Below, in pieces: positions 55,590 through 64,000 of a DNA stretch of 64,000 bases; the stretch's first letter is position 1, and each line of letters begins with the position of its first letter. Below the pieces are notes generated by a model. The model saw only the letters and a list, made by a program, of their open reading frames with translations, made no database searches and was not told the origin of the DNA. The stretch is from Lingula anatina (taxonomy: Eukaryota > Animalia > Brachiopoda), in assembly GCA_051362555.1 (NCBI GenBank), contig CM120648.1, forward strand, positions 2,910,587-2,974,586, given 5' to 3'. The position numbers and the translations under genes were made by a program.

Positions 55590-56158
55590 TTAAGAAGCCT
55601 TCTCTTGTTTCCAACATACTCTAATATTCACCTGTTTTCTGTACTCTACTCAACGCCTGGCAAAGGCCTGTTATTCTGTGTATATGACTGCATTCAGCAA
55701 GAGTCTCTGCGGAGTTGGATCGATCTATTTAGAGTGATAGTTTTATTGTGAATGAGTCCTTTGGCCTTGAGGTGTTCCCCTCAAAGGGGGGGGGGAGGCA
55801 GGCATTCCCTAGTATTATGAAACATGAATTTCTTTATTCCATATCAACTGTTTAGGGATACAAAGCTGTCAAAATAATGTGATATTTCATTAATTCACAA
55901 AGTATCACATTACTTGCTTTTATTTAGATGTTGTGTACAAGAACAACAACAACTTAATAAATCATTATAATAATTATTTTGTGTGTGTGTAGCATGCATA
56001 TGTTTAAGAATCATTATTATCATATTTTGCAGTGTGGAGCCTCTTTAATTGTTGACCTGTTATTTCCATTGTTTTCCAGAACTTTGAACCAGGAAGAGTC
56101 AACCAATGTGAATTTCAGTGTCAAGTAGCTGAGTAGTTTTGTGTTAGAGACACCGAAG

Positions 56159-58711
56159 ATGAAGACAGTAAATATGGCGGCACTTCTCAAAGCCTGCCTC
56201 TGTTCCCTGCTGATATTTAACTGTGCGGGAGATGAAGGTGAGTAGATGACAATCCTTGTTTGTAATATAAAAGGGATGATAACTCTTCACATGAGGTCAA
56301 TATTTCACAATATTTAAATACATTATAAACAACTGATAGAAATGTAATGAATTTTATGTTACCACCTAAATGGGGGTTATGGCAATTATTCTGTCATCTG
56401 TGCTTGCCACTGGACCACATGGACCTCTATAGCTGGCTATATATGTATGATAATCTCTTAACAGATTATAACAAAAGACCAAACTTTTTAGAAAAAAAGA
56501 GGGACTAACTTTGAATGTCAAAAGATTCATTAACAGTACTATTGGTAAGTATGGGGAAATTGTTGTTTCCCTCGGGAAAGTCTGCTTTTGGGAAAAAAAT
56601 CTGTTATAAATCCCTTTAGCCATTCTCTGCCCTGTCATTTTAACAGACACCTTGAATATTTGATTTGAATCATCAAGTGAAAGAATTGATGAGGCTGGCA
56701 CAGAGAAATGTGGGGGGTAGTACTACGTACTAGTACTGACATGCAATTTAGAAATCAAGAGTAATTTGTATAAATAATTCAGTACAGTAATAAATCGGAT
56801 CATTTTAATCGATACATAATTTTGGAATCATTTGAAATGTATTTTTTGTAGCGTTTGGTGCTTTTACTGTATAGTTGTCTGCTTTTCAACTGAGCTTTAC
56901 CACTCAATAAAAGTGTTCTAATTTTAATATATTACTTGAATACAGTATCTGTAAAAATCACAGTTTGACTCATTATCGTATGTTTAGAATTCCACGAAGT
57001 AAAATTTAAAAATGTGATTTTTTTTTTTTCAGTTTTACTAATGAGGAGTACTGATACATTTGACAACTGGACGATGCTACAGTTAGATGGGGATGACAAC
57101 AGTGACCCTCAGACACAGTGGACGAAAAACAATGTCCTAAAAGCTTTTGACGTGCGAAATTTCGCAGGAAACCAAAACAATTGGGTGGTCTCTCCATTCA
57201 TATCTGTAGATCCACTGGTCACCTCCGTGCGGGTGAGAATGAGTTTTATACTGTACCAATGTGACTACACCATATACACTGTTGACCAGTGCAAACAGTC
57301 CTTTAAGTTGTACTCCAAAGTGTCAACCAGTGGACAAACAATAGACGCAGCTTTTGTGAATAGTTTCACAGAACGAGGTCAAGTCGATTTGAATGACCCC
57401 GGCAACCCAGATAGTAAAGATACAACCTTTAACATCACCGCCGGGTCCGCAGGGTTTTACGTAGCGTTGAAAGACGAAGGCGCCCACATACAGGGCGTGA
57501 CCATTGAAGTACATTACTTCAAATGTATTGCTCTACAAAATGGGTTGATATCCTTCCCGGCTTCGTTTCCATCAGACACTGTGGTAACGGGTCAGTGCGC
57601 GCCGAACTCCTCACCTGTTGGGTCCCTGGAGAGGGTGTGTTACAGCACAGGGCAGTGGTCCTCGGGGACGGGCTCTTGTGGATGCGACCCTGGGTTCGCC
57701 AGGAACAGCTCTGGAAATGCGTGCTATCGTAAGTGGGAGATTAAGGTCTGCAGAACACTGTTGATATTGTTTGTCATTCTATGGATGTAAAGCTGCCAGT
57801 ATTTGATTTTGAAGTTTTGATTGAGATGAAGACATTCTCTTCACATGAGGTCAATATTTCACAATATTTAAATACATTATAAACAACTGATAACAACTCT
57901 CTCTCTCTCTCTCTCTCTCTCGGAAATTGTGAAGTTAGAGAGTCAAATTGAATTCCAGGTACAATTAAATGTTTTGATTATCTGTCATTTCCAGGTCTCT
58001 CCCCCTGTGACAGTGCCCCATGTTACAATGGTGGTGTCTGCTCTAATAGTGCAGATGGCAGCACCTTCCAGTGTGCCTGTTCTGGTATATACAGTGGCCC
58101 CACCTGTGAGATAGGTAAGGGCTGTATATATTCACTTGTTTTTATACACAGACATTGAAAATATTACTGTAGATGACATGTTTTAGAATTTTCTACTTGT
58201 TATGTACATATTGTATGGGGTGCAGAGATAGAAAAAAGTGGAGTATCTGGGATAGCGCTAACACTTGCCAATTTAGCCAAATGCTAAAACTGACTTAAAT
58301 TGGCAAACAAAATAGGGTTGATTTGATTTGTTTTAGTCAAATTTAAAGCATATGGAGGCAAAGGCATGGAAAAATATTGATTTGGCTAAGGGAAAAAATT
58401 TGCTAGGGCTACCCCATAGTATGGTTGACAGAACTCGTTATCCTTATCATAGACACGACTAAAAAGAAAACATTATCAATAATGACAGACAGTTCCCATC
58501 CAGCCCATACCCTTTTTAAATTTTTACCTAGCAATTCGAGACTCTTAGCTTTTAAGGGTAGTAAGCGATTTTTAAATAGCTTTTATCCTTCGGCAGTAAC
58601 TATTTTTAACTCTAACATGTAATTTTAATTTTCATTTTTTATATTTCAATGGCGCTACTACAGGGCAAAAGATTCCCAATTTTATACATTTGTATTTTAT
58701 TGGCTTAATAA

Positions 58712-58770
<59 letters not shown>

Positions 58771-58787
58771 CATAGTTGTCGTCATCG

Positions 58788-58829
<42 letters not shown>

Positions 58830-60376
58830 CACTGTCTCTTCTAGTCCAGGGGTCCTGTACCCCTGACCCATGTCAGAATGGAGGAACCTGTGCAGACCTG
58901 GGAGGCAGCTACCAGTGTTCCTGTCCCTCTGGCTACAGGGGGTCAGAGTGCCAGAATAGTAAGTAATGTACCACTTCTACTGGCTACAGGGGGTCACAGT
59001 GCCAGAATAGTAAGTACTGTACCACTTCTACTGGCTACAATAGTGTTTTAAAATGATATGCCTTATGAAAATATTATATGGGAACAGGGGTTTCCCAAGG
59101 ATTTTGGGTACATGAAGTCCTAAATGTGATTTTGTAAGTTGGATGCCATTCACAGGGAGTCCAACACAAGCAAGCCCAACCAACTCAAAAACTTTGTAAG
59201 GTGCTCAGCCGCCTTTGGAAATATAGGCCGTCTTTTGACGCCAATGGCGATACAAATGATTGCTGGATAGCTCTCTGAAGAAATCTTTGTATGCAAAACT
59301 TGTAACTTTATCTAACTTTGTTTTCTTTCAGCGGACTTTTGTCTCAACAATCCTTGTCAAAATGGCGGCAGTTGTTTTAACAATGGAGATGGGACGGGAT
59401 ATTTTTGTACCTGTACTGGAGTGTACGAGGGAAGGAATTGTGAAAGTAAGTAGATGGGTTTTTCTGTGCAGTCTGGTTCTGAATGTGGGTTAGGAGCTGA
59501 CTGAGTGAAAATCCACCTGGGATTTTGTTGTCTGAGCCACAATTTGGTGTACCTGTTATCTACCGTTTTTAAAAATTTATTTTTTTTTTAATTTTTTAAA
59601 ATCTTTTTTATTTTATTAAAAAATCATGTGTGCAGTATTATCTGAAGACCACACTCTAGAAGAGCCGAGCTTGGCAAAGAAAAATATCTTTAAGCAATAT
59701 ACGGAGGTGCTGTCAAGATTTAATGGAAAATGTTGTGTCACTTTTTCTGTCTTGAAAATTTCAACAACATTGTAGAAAAACCAAATACTATATTCTGTCA
59801 AGGAATGATGTAGACATTACCTTGGACTTCTCAGTAGGCAGATGCTATAATAAAGATGATAAGAAATGTAAAGTAAATAGAGCTTGATCTGATCAAGGGG
59901 GAGAAGTTGAATTTGATGTTTCTCTGGTATATATAACATTATTATGTACACTTTAGACTGTACATACAGCCATCACCTGTCTCTTACATCGTCATATCCA
60001 TGCACTTTCAGAGATAACACGATACTGTAAGTGGAAAACTGTTGGTTTTCTAACTGTTAGTCAAGCATGAAAAACTGAAAAATACCATTTTTTAAATTCT
60101 GAAAAGTGGGTTGGATTTGTGTTGGACATGTGTCTGACATATATAGCTGTTCATTATTCTTCAAGAAATAAAATATTATTATAAATAAGATATCTGATAC
60201 TTGTGAATCATAATGATAATTATTATTCTAAATGTACAACTTTACTAACCAGGATTATGGCAAGTACTTGTTTTGTAGTTCTTAACATTTTACCTGTTCT
60301 AACTCAGGTCTACCGACTACTACTACTACTACAACTACAACTACAACAACCTCTGGTTCTGTTACCGTGACAACAG
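56159..60376 (+). CDS. Eph-receptor-like ectodomain (ligand-binding + Cys-rich) fused to 3 EGF domains and a Thr-rich stalk; 3'-partial
   Basis: Exons 56159..56237 (signal peptide MKTVNMAALLKACLCSLLIFNCAG), 57033..57728 (NNWVVSPFI, C..CKQSFKLY, GFYVALKDEGA, VHYFKC, GQCAPNS..C...GQW...SCGCDPGF), 57995..58114, 58845..58958, 59332..59445 (EGFs), 60012..60026 (microexon) and 60308..60376 (poly-Thr). All introns are phase 1 GT-AG. Confidence 0.85.
56272..56615. mobile_element. Second Kolobok-like MITE copy, inverted relative to 55252-55589; partial copy at ~57837-57893
   Basis: Starts agggatgataactcttc. 56445-56550 is approximately the reverse complement of 55320-55420. ctcttcacatgaggtcaatatttcacaatatttaaatacattataaacaactgata recurs at ~57837. 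Confidence 0.7.
58425..58770 (+). mobile_element. 5'-truncated LINE 3' end (Rex1/Babar-like) in an intron
   Basis: Peptide SIMTDSSHPAHTLFKFLPS..KRFLNSFYPSAVTIFN resembles the conserved C-terminus of Rex1/Babar ORF2; followed by a short UTR, aataaa and a (TAT)n tail. Confidence 0.75.
58929..59039 (+). repeat. 51-bp tandem duplication spanning an exon 3' end and splice donor
   Basis: ctggctaca starts at 58929, 58980 and 59031; the first two copies each contain gaata|gtaagt. Confidence 0.9.
59085..59290. mobile_element. Short dispersed element; internally deleted copy at ~49935-50002
   Basis: caggggtttcccaaggattttgggtacatgaagtcc...agctctctgaagaaa shared with caggggcttcccacagatttggtgtacatggagtcc..agctctctgaagaaa. 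Confidence 0.55.
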
Positions 60377-60482
60377 GTAATAATAATAAGATGTAGAATA
60401 ACATTTTTGAGGATAAAAAAGAGATTTAATCCAGCTTATAAAAGGGTGAAGCAGGTTGGTTCTTACCTTCCCCCCTGCCCCC

Positions 60483-60513
<31 letters not shown>

Positions 60514-61797
60514 AAGTTTTCCCCACTTAACAGATATCAAAATGGGGTTAGAGGGTATTGCGCTTACTGGAAGACTGTGTATAATTCAGATTTTAACAAG
60601 ATGGGCAGGACTAGACTTAGTTTTGCTCATAACATGCATGCATATGATACAGTGTAGACATAATTAGCCACTCCCATGCATGCAGCTATGCTCACCTGCA
60701 TGCATGCACACTATTGTAACTCCTGTGACCAGTGTGTCCTCTCTGACCCATCTCTCTCTCCCCCCCCCCCCCTCCCCCTTCACTCCAGTAGTGAAATTAT
60801 TAAAATACTTTGTCTGAGGGATAAAGAAAGTGATATGCAATTATAACCATTCTTCATTGTGCAGACATCTGAAAGCCACTGTGCGGGTGGTGACAGTTGT
60901 GTAATTTTTTCCTTTCTTGTGCGTGAGTGTGTGTTCAATTAAGAAACCTCATCTCTAATTGCTGGCTACAGTTCAGGTTGAATATACTAAAATCATTCCT
61001 TGTTGAATCATACATGTAATATCTTCTTAAAGCTTGGTTGGGTTTATTAATCATAAAATAGGTGGTGTGGTAAATACCTTATTTGTAAGAAAGTATTGTG
61101 TGATATGCACTCAAAAATTTAGTTTTCATTTAATTGAAATCTTAAGTTGGGAATTTCCTTTCTTTGTGTGAACTGCCTTCACCTTCTTTTTTGTCAAGTC
61201 TTAGAGCCTTATTTCATTAGCGTTAAGTTTTTAAATACAACTTCTTCTGACAGTAACAGTTCCAGTTCATTTAAAAAAACCTTTTCTCTGTCTTTTCTTT
61301 CAGCTCTGTCAAATCTGAGTGTGATGCCAGAGTCCTCTAGATCTCTGCTAGCATTGCTGCCTCTCTCTCTATTACCTCTGTTTGTTTGCTAAATTAATGT
61401 TTGCTTTTCATGTATATTATATAAGTTCTTCTAAAACTTGACTTTAAAATTATATTTCTCAAAAAAACTATGATATTGTAGTGTTTGAAGTTATACAAAG
61501 CCAAGCTTGTTGCCTATTTGAAAAGTCATGTGTATGTATACTTGGATTGATAGAATAAGTTTAAAGTAGATACATGTACTGTGTTGGCTGATATAGATAT
61601 GACTGTATGAAATAACTGAAGTGAAGGAACAGCACAACTTTTTCTTGGTAGTGTTTTTTTTTTTTTTTTCCTCATAGTAAAAATCTGAGGTGCTGCTTCT
61701 TGAATTTCTCTCTTGTGATATCCCCAGATCATGTCTAATATTTGAAGGGATAACAACTCTTTGTATGAGATATACATGTCACAATAAATACATTGTT

Positions 61798-62020
61798 AAC
61801 TAGAAAAGCACTCCGAGAGTGCAGACCTTTGCCAAGTCAGCAATTTTTGATTGTTATTGATTATTGATCTGGATCACCACCAAAAGCTTATCATCTCTTC
61901 CTTGGCCCACTTCTGACCTACCCTGAAAATTTCATCAAACTTGGTCCATAACTTTTAGAGTTATGTTGATGACAGACAGACAAACAGGGATGAAAACATA
62001 ACCTCCTTGGAGGAGGTAAC
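61798..62020 (+). mobile_element. DINE-1/HINE-like non-autonomous element
   Basis: aactagaaaagcactccgagagtgc start, (acag)n tract, terminal hairpin acctccttggaggaggt. Confidence 0.6.
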
Positions 62021-62425
62021 AACTCATAGAAAGATAAATTATATTTTACCACAAAAAAAAACGGGGGTAATAGCAGTTATTCTAAAATTTGCGCTTTTCA
62101 TCAGACCAAGTTACCTCCATAGATGGCTATACTCTGTATTGTTACAAAAAACTTTTTAGGAAAAAAAAAATGAGACCTACTTTGAAGGTAGAAATGAATT
62201 CATTAACCATTGGTTAGTATGGAAAAATTGTCATTTACACCAGGAAAATTCATTTTTTAGCTGAAATGAACAGTTGTTATCCTTTTGATTTGAAGTATGT
62301 CTGATCGTGGGTTTCATTTTGGTACCTGTAGCAAAACTTGGTACCTGTAACCGCACTGCCTCTGTTACTGTTTACTGTAATAGTCTTTGAGATTATTATT
62401 ACTATTTTATTATTATTATTATTAT

Positions 62426-62469
<44 letters not shown>

Positions 62470-64000
62470 TTGTTTATTATTTTATCTCATTGCCAGGTCT
62501 GTAGCCAGCAATTTCAAAAGGATATTTTTTTTTCTAAAAAAGAAATGGAAATAAAATAAAGTAAAAAAAGTAGACCTGTAATCCTGTTATAGTCGATATA
62601 ACTGCACAGCAAGCACACAGCATGAATCAGATTTTGAGTTTATTGATCTCATTGTGGCTTAAAGAATTATTCTTTCTACCCCGCCCCCCTGCCCTCACTG
62701 AAAAAAAGAGAAAAAAAAAACAGGCTGCAGGCCTAGGCAACATTATGAGATCAATTCAAGCTATTCTTCTTGTAATATATAAACGATTATTTATCTCATG
62801 AGAAAACAAAATTTATATTAAACCAAGAAGTTAATTTGCCCTACCCACTATTTAGAATCATTATGTTACATTGTAAAAAATAATTCTATATCGAACAATT
62901 ATATTGGTTCGTCAAGAAATAAAAATTTCTGTGATTCCCTAACTTTAGCTCATGTTTGGTTATTTATATTTATTCACTCTGTTTAAGTCCCAGATTAAAT
63001 TTTTGTTGATTATAATGTGGCAGTGCTGTTAGTAATGATACACTACTGTAGGTGGCAGCATTGTACGTGTAAGGCCTATGGTTGCAACTACAGGTATTCT
63101 TGTCTTCGTGTTGATATTTTTGAGTCATTTTTGAAGTTTTACTACCTTAGATTTGTATTATAGTTCACGTTGAAGGTTATGTCGCTTGCTAACATCTTTT
63201 CATATTGTTGAACTTTAACAAGCCCACTAAACAAAACATTTGTATTTGATCTGTTTTTTCTGGTTGTCGTTGGTAATAATAGCTGGCAACTCCTGGGACT
63301 GGATGGTGTTAATTTTGCACAGATGAACAGGAAAATTAACTGTATTAACTGTGAAAGGTTGGATAAATATTTAAGATTCATATGAAGTTGTTTTTTTTTT
63401 TTTTCCACAAAAAATCGACCAAATGCCACCATATATTTGAAATTGCTTTTTGGCTTTCTGTGCTGTATATAAGAGGGGCAGATAAGTAGGTCAGATATGA
63501 AAATGTAAAATTTATGATGGAAATTTTGAAAAAAAGGACAGTTAAAAGCTGTTTTATGGATGAACAAGTAATTACTTTGGTTTATCTCTTGGCATATCAA
63601 CTGTATTTGAGTCATATATTAAGAAACTAGACAAAGTAGAAGTGATTTATATGCATTACTGGGAATCCACCCTCCACAGACACTCAGGTCAAATGTATCT
63701 TTAACAATAATTATGTGTATTAAAGGCATCCTTGAAGATGAACTCAAAGGCTCCACCAGAAGGGACTTGTACATTGCACACCTTTTCTTTTCTCATTTCT
63801 TGATTAGAAAGACTGATCCAGATAAGTGGATGTCACTAGTCATTGTGTTATATATGAAAAGATTCAGATACAGACAGAACAAACTAAGGGGATGTTTTAG
63901 GTGGAAACACTGATGTTTTGTTTAGTGCCAAGAAGTGATGAAACCCCTGGACTGTATTTATGACTGCATTCCTATAAACTCATCATACTAGCTGGGTCAG

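Noticed and set aside
60377-64000. Further exons of the Eph-like gene
   Set aside because: No convincing exon with domain signal and matching phase was found; probably a long intron

Overview
AT-rich, intron-containing animal genomic DNA. The gene and repeat content suggests a marine invertebrate, possibly an echinoderm or other non-vertebrate deuterostome; this is inference only. (1) 1-16151 is the 3' part of a giant exon of 131 apparently identical 123-bp units, each encoding one acidic calcium-binding EGF domain, spliced to two exons encoding a C-terminal C-type lectin domain. (2) 23.9-30.6 kb is a tandem TRIM-NHL cluster in three states: an intact intronless gene, an NHL-less truncated paralog and a pseudogene fragment. 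(3) 33.1-38.2 kb (-) is a CTLD-EGF-mucin-TM receptor with an FENQVY tail. (4) 40.8-52.7 kb (-) is a 21-exon NWD1/NWD2-like NACHT gene. (5) 56.2 to at least 60.4 kb (+) is an Eph-ectodomain/EGF/mucin chimeric gene whose end was not found. The window also holds MITEs, a truncated LINE and microsatellites. Exon models were built by eye from splice signals and phase compatibility, with no database searches.
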